DNA of 64,000 bases, taken from contig CAWIIP010000004.1 in NCBI GenBank assembly GCA_963836235.1, forward strand, positions 352,001-416,000. The letters are read 5' to 3'. Made by a program: the position numbers and the translations under genes. Numbering within the stretch: position 1 is the stretch's first letter; the number at the start of each line of letters is the position of its first letter. The notes beneath the pieces were generated by a model. The model had not been told where the DNA came from. It saw nothing but the letters and a program-made list of their open reading frames with translations, and did not search any database. The DNA is from an uncultured Pseudomonadota bacterium. GTDB lineage: Bacteria; Oederibacteriota; Muellerivitia; Muellerivitales; Muellerivitaceae. Of the stretch, positions 1 through 10,615 are shown piece after piece.

Positions 1-1
1 T

Positions 2-379
2 CAAGAACCGGTCAAACGCATCCTTTCCAACCACAAGCGCGTACATCTGGTCGAGCCCCAAGACTATTTACCCTTTGTGTTTTTAATGAGCCACGCCTAT
101 CTTATTCTCACCGATTCGGGCGGTGTGCAGGAAGAAGCGCCTTCGCTGGGGAAGCCCGTGCTGGTCATGCGGGATACGACAGAACGCCCTGAGGCGGTCG
201 AAGCCGGAACCGTGATTTTGGTGGGAACCGATCGGCGCAGAATCGTCAAGGAAACCCAAAGGCTTCTGGACGAACCTCGGCAGTACCAAAAGATGACCCG
301 GGCTCACAATCCTTATGGTGATGGCCACGCTTCCGAAAGAATCGTCAAACAAATCCTGAAGTTCGGAGCCTCTCATTGA
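2..379 (+). CDS. wecB: UDP-N-acetylglucosamine 2-epimerase (non-hydrolysing), 5'-truncated by window edge
   Basis: Frame open from base 2; motifs [27 protein letters not shown]; directly upstream of wecC. Confidence 0.93.
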   Translation, partial: QEPVKRILSNHKRVHLVEPQDYLPFVFLMSHAYLILTDSGGVQEEAPSLGKPVLVMRDTTERPEAVEAGTVILVGTDRRRIVKETQRLLDEPRQYQKMTRAHNPYGDGHASERIVKQILKFGASH

Positions 380-1626
380 AACTGGCTTTTAACAAGATAT
401 CGGTCATCGGCTTAGGTTATATAGGCCTGCCGACGGCGGCCACCTTGGCCAGCCGGGGCGTGGAAGTCACCGGCGTGGACGTGAACCCCAAAGCGGTGGA
501 GGCCATCAACCGGGGCCAAATCCATATCGTCGAGCCAGACTTGGACGCGGTTGTCCACCAGGTCGTAGCCGCGGGAAAACTCAAGGCTGTTTCCAAACCC
601 GAATCGGCGGAAGCCTTCATCATCGCGGTGCCGACTCCCTTCAAAGGCCAGCATGAGCCGGATCTTTCTTATATTGAGGATGCAGCCAGGTCCATCGCCC
701 CGGTGCTGGCCAAGGGCAACCTGGTCATTCTGGAATCAACCTCACCCGTGGGGGCCACCGAAAAACTATCGCTTTGGCTTTCCGAAGCCCGAAAAGACCT
801 CTCTTTTCCTCATCAAAAGGGCAGTGATTCCGACATCCGCGTAGCCTATTGCCCGGAGCGGGTTTTGCCGGGGCATGTCTTGAAAGAGATTGTGGAGAAT
901 GACCGGGTCATCGGCGGCTTGAGCCCTTTATGTTCCGAAAAAGCCAAAGCGCTCTATAAGATTTTTGTCTTGGGCGAATGTTTGGTGACAAACGCACGCA
1001 CCGCCGAGATGTGCAAATTGACCGAAAACGCCTATCGGGACGTCAATATCGCCTTCGCCAACGAGCTTTCACTGATTTGCGAGAAGCTTAATATCAACGT
1101 GTGGGAATTGGTGCGACTGGCCAACCACCATCCCCGAGTGAAGATTCTCCAGCCCGGCCCCGGCGTGGGCGGACATTGCATTGCCGTGGACCCCTGGTTC
1201 ATCGTGGATTCGGCACCCGAATTGGCCCGGCTCATCAAGACTTCGCGGGAAGTGAACGATGGAAAGCCGCAGCATGTGGTTTCCCGCGTGAAGGAAGCGG
1301 TCATGGGGATCAAGAACCCCACCATCGCCTGCCTGGGATTGGCCTTCAAGGCGGATATCGATGACTTAAGGGAATCGCCCGCCATGGATATCACCCAACA
1401 CTTGGCCCAGGATAAAGTCGGAAATCTTTTGGTGGTAGAACCTCACGTGGAAACTCTGCCATCTTCGCTGGGTTCTTTTCCCAATGTCCGATTAGTAGAA
1501 CTGGATGAGGCATTGAAGCAATCCCAAGTTGTTCTCCTTCTGGTCAATCACCGGCCCTTCTATGATGTGGACCGCAAAGTTTTGGAAGGCAAAAAGATTA
1601 TCGACACCCGGGGAGTATGGCGGTGA
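376..1626 (+). CDS. wecC: UDP-N-acetyl-D-mannosamine dehydrogenase
   Basis: GLGYIGLP Rossmann motif, [16 protein letters not shown] catalytic Cys, [12 protein letters not shown]. Confidence 0.93.
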   Translation: MKLAFNKISVIGLGYIGLPTAATLASRGVEVTGVDVNPKAVEAINRGQIHIVEPDLDAVVHQVVAAGKLKAVSKPESAEAFIIAVPTPFKGQHEPDLSYIEDAARSIAPVLAKGNLVILESTSPVGATEKLSLWLSEARKDLSFPHQKGSDSDIRVAYCPERVLPGHVLKEIVENDRVIGGLSPLCSEKAKALYKIFVLGECLVTNARTAEMCKLTENAYRDVNIAFANELSLICEKLNINVWELVRLANHHPRVKILQPGPGVGGHCIAVDPWFIVDSAPELARLIKTSREVNDGKPQHVVSRVKEAVMGIKNPTIACLGLAFKADIDDLRESPAMDITQHLAQDKVGNLLVVEPHVETLPSSLGSFPNVRLVELDEALKQSQVVLLLVNHRPFYDVDRKVLEGKKIIDTRGVWR

Positions 1627-3758
1627 AACAAGTTCTTATCCGTCAGGGAAAAATAGTGGTGGAGGAAGTACCGGCCCCCATGGTGGAGCCGGGGCGGGTG
1701 TTGGTTCAGGTTTCCCATTCCTGTGTTTCGGCGGGTACGGAAATGAGCAACGTCAAGGACGGCGGCCTGCCGATTTGGAAAAAAGCCCTTCGCCAGCCGG
1801 AGAAAGTCAAACAGGTCCTCCGAATGGTCCAGGAAGAAGGTCTTTGGTCCACCCAATCCCGGGTTCGTAAAAAGCTCCAAACCGGCAAACCCATGGGTTA
1901 TTCCGCAGCGGGGGTTGTTCTCGAGAAGGGGAAGGGCATTACGGGTTTATCCATCGGTGATCGCGTCGCTTGCGCGGGCGCCGAAATCGCGAATCACGCC
2001 GAAATGATCCTGGTCCCCCAAAACCTGACCGTTCCTGTTCCTAAAAGCCTTGATTTCCCTTCCGCCGCCACCGTTACTCTAGGCTCCATCGCCTTGCAAG
2101 GTGTCCGCCGCGCCCATCCCACCATGGGTGAAACCTTCGTAGTGATCGGCCTGGGGCTCCTCGGCCAATTGACCATTCAGATGTTGAAGGCCAACGGTTG
2201 CCGCGTCATCGGCACGGATCTGGACCGAGACCGCCTGAACCTAGCCGGGAAAATGGGCGCGGATTTCGCAATCGCCACCGACGGCCAAAACCTGTTGGAA
2301 CAAATCTCCCGCCTCACGGATGGGACGGGTGCGGACGGGGTGCTGATCACCGCCGCCACGCCCTCCAGCGAGGTGGTTTCCACCGCCTTCCAATTGTGCC
2401 GCCGCAAGGGACGGGTGGTTTTAGTGGGGGACGTAGGGCTGAATTTGAAACGCGCGGACTTTTATTCCAAGGAACTGGATTTTTTCATTTCCACTTCCTA
2501 TGGCCCTGGCCGTTATGACCCGCTTTATGAGGAAAAGGGGATGGATTATCCCATTTCCTACGTCCGTTGGACCGAAAACCGGAATATGCGGGAATATTTG
2601 CGGCTCCTGGCCGACCAAAAATTACAGGTCGAACCCCTCATCCACTCGGTTTTCCAAGTGGAAAAGGCTTCCCAGGCTTATCACGTTTTAAGTTCGGGGA
2701 AGCCACGCCCCATGATCGTGCTTTTGTCTTATCCCCAAGACAAGGGGAAGGAAATCACCCGGGTCATCCCGAATCCCATGGCCCATGCATCCTCCCAAAA
2801 GAAAATCCGCCTGGCGGTCGTCGGGGCCGGTGGTTTCGCCAAGGGTATGCACCTACCCAACCTCCAGGCACTCTCCCACCATTACCATTTGAGGGCGGTC
2901 ATCAGCCGCACGGGCGCCAACGCCAACGCGACGGCACGGCAATTCGGGGCTGATTACGCCTCCACGGATTTCGCCGAAGTCTTGAAAGACAAGGAAACCG
3001 ACGCGGTCTTGATCGCCACCCGCCACCATTCGCACGCTTCCATGGCGCTGGAAGCCCTCAAAGCAGGCAAGCATGTCATGGTGGAAAAGCCGCTGGGTTT
3101 GAATGAAAAGGAATTGGCGTCGATCGAAAAATTTTACGAAAAGTCCGAGGGAAAGCCCGTGCTTCTGACCGGGTTCAACCGCCGCTTTTCAAAATATGCC
3201 AGGGCATTGCACGAGGCCGTCCAAAAGCGGACCAATCCCATGATCCTCAATTACCGCATGAACGCCGGCCATATCTCCCTGGACCATTGGGTGCATGGCG
3301 AGGAGGGCGGAGGGCGCAATGTTGGGGAAGCCTGCCACATCTACGATCTCTTTACCTATCTCACGGGCGCCAAAATAGTGAAAGTGGAAGCCCAAATGAT
3401 CAAGCCCACAACCGAATATTACAGCGCCTCGGATAATTTTGTGGCCACTCTTTCGTTTGACGATGGGTCGGTTGCGACCTTGACTTATACGGCCCTTGGT
3501 TCCAAGGACTATCCCAAGGAACTTTTAGAAATATATGTAGACGGCAAGGTAATCGCTCTGAACGATTACAAGGAAATCACGGCCTCCGGGGTTTCGGTTC
3601 CACGGCTTTTGGGGAAGGTTTCGGATAAAGGGCAGAAGGAAGAGTTGGAAGCCTTCGCTCACACGATCCAAAAGGGCGGGGAATGGCCTATCCCTCTCTG
3701 GCAGCAATTGCAGGCCAGTCGAATCGCTTTGAAAGTCGAAGAGTTTTTAAAGATTTAA
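1617..3758 (+). CDS. Bi-domain oxidoreductase (MDR/ADH-like N-domain + Gfo/Idh/MocA C-domain), nucleotide-sugar modification
   Basis: SAGTE, GYSAAG, GLGLLG, SYGPGRYD in N half; GAGGFA, EKP, GFNRRF, GEACH in C half. Confidence 0.85.
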   Translation: MAVKQVLIRQGKIVVEEVPAPMVEPGRVLVQVSHSCVSAGTEMSNVKDGGLPIWKKALRQPEKVKQVLRMVQEEGLWSTQSRVRKKLQTGKPMGYSAAGVVLEKGKGITGLSIGDRVACAGAEIANHAEMILVPQNLTVPVPKSLDFPSAATVTLGSIALQGVRRAHPTMGETFVVIGLGLLGQLTIQMLKANGCRVIGTDLDRDRLNLAGKMGADFAIATDGQNLLEQISRLTDGTGADGVLITAATPSSEVVSTAFQLCRRKGRVVLVGDVGLNLKRADFYSKELDFFISTSYGPGRYDPLYEEKGMDYPISYVRWTENRNMREYLRLLADQKLQVEPLIHSVFQVEKASQAYHVLSSGKPRPMIVLLSYPQDKGKEITRVIPNPMAHASSQKKIRLAVVGAGGFAKGMHLPNLQALSHHYHLRAVISRTGANANATARQFGADYASTDFAEVLKDKETDAVLIATRHHSHASMALEALKAGKHVMVEKPLGLNEKELASIEKFYEKSEGKPVLLTGFNRRFSKYARALHEAVQKRTNPMILNYRMNAGHISLDHWVHGEEGGGRNVGEACHIYDLFTYLTGAKIVKVEAQMIKPTTEYYSASDNFVATLSFDDGSVATLTYTALGSKDYPKELLEIYVDGKVIALNDYKEITASGVSVPRLLGKVSDKGQKEELEAFAHTIQKGGEWPIPLWQQLQASRIALKVEEFLKI

Positions 3759-3874
3759 TCTGAATTATGTTTGTTCTTTTGTTTCTTCCGTGCTTTCTCC
3801 CCTAAAAACTATTCATTTTCTGTCTTTTTCTTTATTATAAGCCTGATTTTGAACCTAAAACCAATTCTGGAAAA

Positions 3875-4648
3875 ATGAAAACCTTAAAGCAAATCATCCA
3901 CCAGGGCAAAAGAAGACTCCTCCAAATGCATTATGAGAGCGGGGTGGGCCACATCGGGGGGAACCTCTCCTGCCTGGATATCCTGATGGTCCTCCACCAT
4001 CGGGTCATGAAACCCGAGGACACATTTATCCTTTCCAAAGGCCATGCCGCCGGGGCCCTCTATATCACCCTTTGGTCCCTGGACAAGATCACGGATGCGG
4101 ATCTCAAGCTTTTCCACAAAGAACCCACAAAATTGAGCGGCCATCCGGCCCCCCGTTGGAAAGAGGAAATCCCCTTCGCCACCGGAAGCCTGGGTCACGG
4201 TTTTTCCCTGGCGGCGGGCCAGGCCCTGGCCAAGCGGCTTCAAGGTAAACCAGGCCGAATTTTTTGCCTGACTTCCGACGGCGAATGGCAGGAAGGCTCC
4301 AATTGGGAAGCCCTGATCTTCACCGCCCATCAAAAGTTATCGAATCTCACCCTCATTGTTGACGCCAATGGCCTGCAGGGTTTTGGGACGACCAAAGAAG
4401 TGGCCGGTATGGATAACCTCCTCGAACGATTCAAATCTTTTGGCTTGCCCGTGAGCGAGGTCGAGGGTCATGACACGGAGGCGCTGGAAAAGGTCCTCAG
4501 CTCAAACCGGCCGGGGCCCCGGGTGGTTATCGCCCATACGACTAAGGGCAAAAACATTTCCTTCATGGAAAACAAGATGGAATGGCATTACCTCCCCTTA
4601 AAAGAAGATCAATACAAAAAAGCCCTCGAAGAACTGGGGGAAGCGTGA
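3875..4648 (+). CDS. Transketolase-like protein, N-terminal (ThDP-binding) subunit
   Basis: GHIGG, LSKGH, GHP, TGSLGHG, SDGEWQEG...N ThDP motif, HTTKGK. Confidence 0.9.
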   Translation: MKTLKQIIHQGKRRLLQMHYESGVGHIGGNLSCLDILMVLHHRVMKPEDTFILSKGHAAGALYITLWSLDKITDADLKLFHKEPTKLSGHPAPRWKEEIPFATGSLGHGFSLAAGQALAKRLQGKPGRIFCLTSDGEWQEGSNWEALIFTAHQKLSNLTLIVDANGLQGFGTTKEVAGMDNLLERFKSFGLPVSEVEGHDTEALEKVLSSNRPGPRVVIAHTTKGKNISFMENKMEWHYLPLKEDQYKKALEELGEA

Positions 4649-5550
4649 GAAACGAATTCTGCGACAGCCTGGTCAAGCGCGCCTCCGATCCCAATTTCGT
4701 TTTTCTCACTGGGGACCTGGGCTATATGGCCCTAGAACCTCTCCAGAAAGCCGCGGGAGCCCGCTTTATCAACGCCGGAGTGGCGGAACAAAACATGGTT
4801 TCGGTGGCGGCGGGGTTGGCCAGCCAGGGCCTGAGGCCTTGGGCCTATAGCATCGCCCCCTTTATTTACGCCCGGCCCCTGGAACAGGTTCGCAACGACG
4901 TCTGCCTGCATGACCTGCCGGTTACTTTGGTAGGAAACGGCGGCGGTTACGCCTATGGTGTCATGGGCGGCACCCACCATGCCATCGAGGATTATGGAAT
5001 CTTGCTATCGCTCCAGCACATGCGGGTCTTCGTGCCCGCCTTCGGGGCGGATGTGGAACCCGCCGTTGAACGCATCCTCCAATTGGGCCATCCCGCATAT
5101 CTGCGTTTGGGAAGGGACGAGAAACCCAAGGAAGCGGATCCGGGTCCTTACGCCCCTTGGCGGAAGGTTCTTTCGGGTGGCGGTCCAGTGATGGCCGTGG
5201 TGGGCCCTATTGCCGGAGCCTTGATGCAAGACTTCGCCGTTTTGGAAACATCCAAGCGCCCCAATCTTTGGGTACTGGCTGAACTTCCCCTGGAAGAAAA
5301 AACTATTCCTGGCCAGTTCCTGAAGGATATCGAAGCCAACGGCCAATTGGCGGTGGTGGAGGAACATGTGGCCCATGGAAGCGCCGGGGAAATGATCGCG
5401 CGGTTCCTGCTTCTCGCCGGGCGGGCGCCGAAGAAATTCAGCCATTTCTGCGCCCAAGGCTATCTCTCGGGTTATTATGGGTCCCAAGGTTTTCACCGCA
5501 AGGAATGCGGCCTGACCTCGGAAAATATCCTGAAAGAGATCGGCGCCTGA
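4645..5550 (+). CDS. Transketolase-like protein, C-terminal (pyrimidine-binding/C) subunit
   Basis: GTG start overlaps upstream stop (GTGA); TGDLG, GVAEQNM, GGTHH, YLRL, VEEH. Confidence 0.88.
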   Translation: MRNEFCDSLVKRASDPNFVFLTGDLGYMALEPLQKAAGARFINAGVAEQNMVSVAAGLASQGLRPWAYSIAPFIYARPLEQVRNDVCLHDLPVTLVGNGGGYAYGVMGGTHHAIEDYGILLSLQHMRVFVPAFGADVEPAVERILQLGHPAYLRLGRDEKPKEADPGPYAPWRKVLSGGGPVMAVVGPIAGALMQDFAVLETSKRPNLWVLAELPLEEKTIPGQFLKDIEANGQLAVVEEHVAHGSAGEMIARFLLLAGRAPKKFSHFCAQGYLSGYYGSQGFHRKECGLTSENILKEIGA

Positions 5551-7511
5551 TGAACCTCCAAGAAAAGGCGAAGCTTCTTCAAGGTCCTATTCTCATTCTC
5601 GGTTCCAGCGGTTTTATCGGGGCAGTGCTTTTGAGGACGCTTTTGAAATATCGGGAAGATGTATACGGGACGGTTTTCCATACCCCCGCCTGGCGGCTGG
5701 ATGGTTTACCCGCGAAAAACATTCTCCAGGCGGACCTGCTGGTGGACGTGAACCTCGACGACCTCCTCGCCCAAACCGATCCCAAGACGGTCTTCAATTG
5801 CGTGGCCTATGGGGCCTATTCCTTCGAGACCCAAAGCGACCTTATCTACCAGACCAATTTTAACCTCACCACGAAAATCCTGAAGCGATTGTCAAAAAAG
5901 GGCATCGCGGCCTATGTGCACGCCGGAAGTTCCTCCGAATATGGGGACAAGGCCTCGGGCCCCTCGGAAACCCTTCTTCCCGAACCCAACAGCGATTACG
6001 CCGTTTCCAAGGTGGCCAGTGCCAATGCCATTCACTATTACGGAAAGAAGAAACAGCTTCCCTGCGCCAACTTGAGACTCTATTCGGTTTACGGTCCCTA
6101 TGAGGATTCCTCCCGTCTTGTTCCCGTCGTCGTCAAGACGGGGCTGGAAGGGAAGTATCCGGACTTTGTGAACCCCGACATTTCCCGGGATTTCATTTAT
6201 ATCGACGATGTCTGCGAAGCCTTTCTGGATACGGCGCTCAACTTGAAGCGGGCCCAATACGGGGATTCCTTCAATATCGGAAGCGGGGTCAAGACCACCA
6301 TCGCCGACGTTGCCAAAGTTTCGGGAGACCTATTCCAGATCAAAGGGAAGCCCGCCTTCCAATCCATGGAAAACCGTTCCTGGGACGTGAAAGACTGGTT
6401 CGCCAATACGGAAAAAACCAAGGAGTTTTTAGGCTGGGAGGCCAAGACCTCCTTCGCCGAAGGGTTGAAGGCCACCTCTCAATGGTACGCGGGCCTGGAA
6501 AGCCAAGAGAAGTATTTCCAATCCTCCAAGAAATTCCAGCTCGATACCAAGCACAGCGTCTCCGCCATCATCGCCTGTTATAAAGACGGGCAGGCCATTC
6601 CCATCATGTACGAAAGGCTCAAGGCTACCTTTCAAAAGTTGAAGATCGACTATGAGATCATTTTCGTCAACGACAACAGCCCGGACAACAGCGAGGAAGT
6701 GATCACCGAGCTTTCCCGCAAGGACAGGCGGGTTGTGGGGGTTTCTCACTCGAGAAATTTCGGCTCCCAATCGGCTTTCCGAAGCGGAATGGAGATCTCG
6801 ACCAAAAATTCCTGCGTGCTCTTGGACGGCGACCTGCAGGACACGCCGGAGCTGATCGAGCAATTCGTAGAAAAATGGGCCGAGGGGTATGATGTGGTTT
6901 TTGGAAGGCGGGTGAAGAGGGATGCCCCATTTTACATGCAGTTGGCCTATAAGCTTTTTTACCGGGTCTTCGATTATTTTTCCTATTTGAACATCCCCCG
7001 TGACGCTGGGGACTTTTCCCTACTTGACCGGCGGGTAGTTCGGGCCATTTTGCAGTTTCCAGAGAGGGATTTCTTTTTGAGGGGGATCCGGGCCTACGTG
7101 GGCTTCAAGCAAATCGGCGTGGATTACGTGAGGCCAGAACGGATGTTCGGGCGCTCCACCAATAATTTGGGGAAGAACCTGGATTGGGCAAAAAAGGGCA
7201 TTCTTTCGTTCAGCTATACCCCCTTAACCATATTGAGCTTTGTGGGAACATTGTTGTTTTTTGTGAGTTTACTAGTGGGGGGCATCCAGGTGGCATTAAG
7301 GCTTCTGTATCCAGACTTGGCCCCCAAAGGCGTGACGACGACCCTTCTTCTGATCCTGTTCTTCGGCTCCATCAATTTGTTCGCCATGGCCATCATCGGT
7401 GAGTATATCGCCAAGATTTTCGAGGAAGTCAAACAAAGGCCCGCTTTCGTACGCCGCAGTATCATCAAAGACGGGGAAGTTCGGTTCGTTTCGGAAACCC
7501 AAAAAAGTTGA
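5550..7511 (+). CDS. Fusion of NAD-dependent epimerase/dehydratase (extended SDR) and GtrB/ArnC-like polyprenyl-phosphate GT2
   Basis: GSSGFIG, SSSEYG, YAVSK, RDFIYIDD; then VNDNSPD, SRNFG, DGDLQD, GDFSLLDR and two C-terminal TM helices. Confidence 0.87.
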   Translation: MNLQEKAKLLQGPILILGSSGFIGAVLLRTLLKYREDVYGTVFHTPAWRLDGLPAKNILQADLLVDVNLDDLLAQTDPKTVFNCVAYGAYSFETQSDLIYQTNFNLTTKILKRLSKKGIAAYVHAGSSSEYGDKASGPSETLLPEPNSDYAVSKVASANAIHYYGKKKQLPCANLRLYSVYGPYEDSSRLVPVVVKTGLEGKYPDFVNPDISRDFIYIDDVCEAFLDTALNLKRAQYGDSFNIGSGVKTTIADVAKVSGDLFQIKGKPAFQSMENRSWDVKDWFANTEKTKEFLGWEAKTSFAEGLKATSQWYAGLESQEKYFQSSKKFQLDTKHSVSAIIACYKDGQAIPIMYERLKATFQKLKIDYEIIFVNDNSPDNSEEVITELSRKDRRVVGVSHSRNFGSQSAFRSGMEISTKNSCVLLDGDLQDTPELIEQFVEKWAEGYDVVFGRRVKRDAPFYMQLAYKLFYRVFDYFSYLNIPRDAGDFSLLDRRVVRAILQFPERDFFLRGIRAYVGFKQIGVDYVRPERMFGRSTNNLGKNLDWAKKGILSFSYTPLTILSFVGTLLFFVSLLVGGIQVALRLLYPDLAPKGVTTTLLLILFFGSINLFAMAIIGEYIAKIFEEVKQRPAFVRRSIIKDGEVRFVSETQKS

Positions 7512-7539
7512 AATTCAAATAAAACCCTAGGGGCTTCAG

Positions 7540-8364
7540 GTGGAAACGAAAATCAATCCCGCCGATCAAAGGCGCAACCTTCTGCAAGGCGGGAAGGAAT
7601 ATTGGAAGCCTCCCGTTTATTCCAACCATCCCGGGTTGGTTCAAAAAATAAAACTCAGCCTTTTTCGTTTTTTAGACCTGCAGGCAGGGACTATCTGGCG
7701 GGACTTGAGGACCGAGCTTCCCCAAGTCAAAGGAACGGTTGTGGACGCGGGATGCGGGATTCAGCCTTTTCGAAACCTTCTTTCCGCCGGGACGCGTTAC
7801 ATCGGCCTGGACTCTGTGAATTCGGAGGAACACTTCGGTTACGAAACACCCGATACCCTATATTATTCGGGGGTAGTTTGGCCCCTTTCTGATGGCGCCG
7901 CGGACTTCATTCTTTGCACCGAAACCCTGGAGCATATTCCTGAACCCGCGCCCTTTCTGGGGGAGGCCTTCCGTTGTCTAAAACCCGGCGGACGTCTGTT
8001 ATTGACCGTTCCCTTCGCGGCCCGCTGGCATTTCATTCCCTACGACTATTGGCGCTATACTCCCTCGGGATTGGAAATTCTTTTAGGGAAAGCTGGTTTT
8101 TCCTCCATTCGGGTCTTCGCCCGCGGCAATCAGGTTACAGTGGCTTGTTACAAGGTCATGGCGGTGGTCTTCGCCCTTTTGCATCCGGTCAGCCCGCATT
8201 TCCCCATCCGCTTTTTATCCCTTTTCGCGGGCGCGCTGAGTCTTCCGCTTTTATTCGTGACGGCGGTCCTGGCCAATCTAACGATGGGTTTTGACGGATG
8301 GGCGGATTGCCTCGGCTACACGGTTTGGGCCGAAAGGCCCCGAAAGGACGATCCGGCTCCATGA
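7540..8364 (+). CDS. Class I SAM-dependent methyltransferase
   Basis: VVDAGCG, TETLEHIP, LKPGG, PYDYWRYT; hydrophobic C-terminal segment. Confidence 0.85.
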   Translation: METKINPADQRRNLLQGGKEYWKPPVYSNHPGLVQKIKLSLFRFLDLQAGTIWRDLRTELPQVKGTVVDAGCGIQPFRNLLSAGTRYIGLDSVNSEEHFGYETPDTLYYSGVVWPLSDGAADFILCTETLEHIPEPAPFLGEAFRCLKPGGRLLLTVPFAARWHFIPYDYWRYTPSGLEILLGKAGFSSIRVFARGNQVTVACYKVMAVVFALLHPVSPHFPIRFLSLFAGALSLPLLFVTAVLANLTMGFDGWADCLGYTVWAERPRKDDPAP

Positions 8365-8385
8365 AAAAGAGGAAAGGTATTTGAA

Positions 8386-9594
8386 ATGCGGCCTATCTCC
8401 CTCTTTTTCGGGTTCATCTTTTTGTTTTCAACCCTAACCGCTTGGGCCAACACATCTCTGGACGCCTACAACAGCGGGGTACAACTTTACCAGCAAGGCA
8501 AATACGACCAAGCCATCGCGAGTCTGAAGGAAGCGGTCCGGCTCGACCCCCAATCCTGGCAAGCCTACCAGATACTGGCTTTCAGCTATAACCAAGTGGG
8601 CGACCAAGCTGACGCGATCAGCGCCGTTCAATCCAGCCTGGGCATCCATCCGAACAACCCAGATTTGCGAAAATGGGCGGCCCAGTTGGGATACCGGCCT
8701 CCTCCCACGTATCTTTCGGGTATCACGCCTCCCCCGATTAAGGACATCACCTATTTTAAAATGTACGACATCCGGATTAACTTCGGGACATCGTTGATCA
8801 CGCTGGGGGATTTCAAGAACAACAAATCGTATTATCAATCCCTGTCCCAATTTTTTAGTTCCCAGGGTGAATCGGGGGGCACCTACAATGGAAATGTCCC
8901 CGGGTTGATCCTGCCGCAGGTGGACCTCGAGGCTTCCATCCGGCTCACCCCTGAATTAGAGGGAGGCTTGTTCTTTTCCTATCTTCCCGTTAGTACAGTG
9001 ACGAACAATTTCCAGGTTCTAGCTGCTTATTATGATGGGTCGGCCATTGCCGTCACCCTCAGGTCGCAGGATGCCTATAGCATCAACGCCATGGAGGTGG
9101 GCCTGCAAGGGAGGTACACGCTCGCGCACGGAAATTTCCGACCCTTCGTTTCCGGGGGTGTCGGGGTGGTTCCCATGTGGATCAATTATGGCGTCAACGA
9201 TGTCTATTTCCTCGACGCCGGCTCCGGGCTTGAAAACGAAAAATTGAATGAGACTTTCGGGACCTTGGGGTTCGGCGGACAAGTCCAGGTGGGATTCGAT
9301 TGGGACTTGGGGCAGGGTTTTGCCCTTTCCCCCTCGGTGGGGTATCAGTTCGTCTTTGCCAGCAACTTCCAGGTGACATCGGGGGGTCAGAGAACGGCCC
9401 TGGATGTGGTGCAGACCAATTTAGGAGCGGCCATCGAGCCGATCGAGAACGGCAACCTGGAGCGGGTTCTTTACGATCAAGAATACCCCGCCTATTACCC
9501 CGGGATCCCCGGAACGCCTGCCCCCAATTCCACACCTTTGAATGTGGACTTGAGCGGCTTCAAAGGTGGCATCCAATTTTCTTACAATTTTTAG
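8386..9594 (+). CDS. Exported TPR + outer-membrane beta-barrel-like protein
   Basis: Signal peptide (TAWA|N), two to three TPRs, Pro-rich linker, amphipathic beta strands, C-terminal GIQFSYNF beta-signal. Confidence 0.65.
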   Translation: MRPISLFFGFIFLFSTLTAWANTSLDAYNSGVQLYQQGKYDQAIASLKEAVRLDPQSWQAYQILAFSYNQVGDQADAISAVQSSLGIHPNNPDLRKWAAQLGYRPPPTYLSGITPPPIKDITYFKMYDIRINFGTSLITLGDFKNNKSYYQSLSQFFSSQGESGGTYNGNVPGLILPQVDLEASIRLTPELEGGLFFSYLPVSTVTNNFQVLAAYYDGSAIAVTLRSQDAYSINAMEVGLQGRYTLAHGNFRPFVSGGVGVVPMWINYGVNDVYFLDAGSGLENEKLNETFGTLGFGGQVQVGFDWDLGQGFALSPSVGYQFVFASNFQVTSGGQRTALDVVQTNLGAAIEPIENGNLERVLYDQEYPAYYPGIPGTPAPNSTPLNVDLSGFKGGIQFSYNF

Positions 9595-9616
9595 CCGCGG
9601 AGTGACGGGAATCTTC

Positions 9617-9645
9617 TTGTTTACGACGGGGCCCGTCGTGAACAA
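9617..9645. repeat. Near-perfect 29-bp palindrome
   Basis: TTGTTTACGACGGG-G-CCCGTCGTGAACAA, 14-bp arms with one mismatch (G:U in RNA). Confidence 0.75.
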
Positions 9646-9684
9646 ACAACATTGGGGTGAGAGAATGCGACAAAGGAATTTGCG

Positions 9685-10596
9685 ATGAATAAAAAAACAA
9701 AGATGGTCCGTCGGGCCTGCCCCGTTTGTTCCTCCCGGGACGAATCGAAGGTTTTCGCTGAGGAAAATTATGATCCCGCCCGGCTGGACGAATTTGCCTT
9801 CGCCTCTCGCAAAATACCAGAGTACATGCATTACCGGCTGGTGGTCTGCCCAGGTTGTAACCTGCTTTACGCCAATCCTTTGCCGACCCTGAAAGCCATT
9901 TCGGAAGCATATCACGAGGCGGCTTTCGATAGCGCCGAGGAAGCGGGTTACGCGGCCAGGACCTATGGGTCTTTCCTGAAAGGCATTCTTTCGAACATCC
10001 CTGACGGAGTGGGGGCCCTGGATATCGGAACCGGCGACGGAGCCTTTCTGGAAGAGCTTTTGAAGCATGGGTTCTCCAAAGTGGTGGGGGTGGAACCTTC
10101 CAAGGCGCCTATTCAAGCCGCCAAAAAGGAAATTCGGCCGTTGATCGTCCATGGTTTGTTCAAGCCCAAGGCCTTCAAGAAAAACAGCGTGAGCTTGGTG
10201 ACCTGTTTTCAAACCCTGGAGCATCTTTATGAACCCAAGGATATGTGCCGGGGGGCCTTCCAAATCCTGAAGCCGGGCGGAGCCTTTTTCGTGGTTTCCC
10301 ATAACCGGCGGTCCCTTTCGGCGGCGATCCTGGGCCGCAAATCACCCATTTTTGACATTGAACACCTCCAGCTTTTTTCGCCCCAAAGCGCCCGGCGGAT
10401 GTTTGAGGAGGCGGGGTTTCAACGGGTGGAGATTAAGAGCCTCTTTAATCTGTACCCACTCCACTATTGGCTGAAGCTTTTGCCTTTTCCGAAGACTTTT
10501 AAAAAGCTTTTAATCCCGGTTCTCAAAAAAATCGGAATCGGCTATATTCCTCTTCCACTCCCCGCCGGGAATATGGCGGTCATCGGCTACAAATGA
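9685..10596 (+). CDS. Class I SAM-dependent methyltransferase with N-terminal Zn-binding CxxC pairs
   Basis: CPVC...CPGC, LDIGTGDG, FQTLEHL, LKPGG. Confidence 0.85.
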   Translation: MNKKTKMVRRACPVCSSRDESKVFAEENYDPARLDEFAFASRKIPEYMHYRLVVCPGCNLLYANPLPTLKAISEAYHEAAFDSAEEAGYAARTYGSFLKGILSNIPDGVGALDIGTGDGAFLEELLKHGFSKVVGVEPSKAPIQAAKKEIRPLIVHGLFKPKAFKKNSVSLVTCFQTLEHLYEPKDMCRGAFQILKPGGAFFVVSHNRRSLSAAILGRKSPIFDIEHLQLFSPQSARRMFEEAGFQRVEIKSLFNLYPLHYWLKLLPFPKTFKKLLIPVLKKIGIGYIPLPLPAGNMAVIGYK

Positions 10597-10615
10597 AGTG
10601 GTTAAAAGGAATGAA

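Noticed and set aside
4448-4469. CCCGTGAGCGAGGTCGAGGGT resembling the REP-like element in asnB
   Set aside because: Encodes the normal transketolase V.EV.GHD segment, not an insertion
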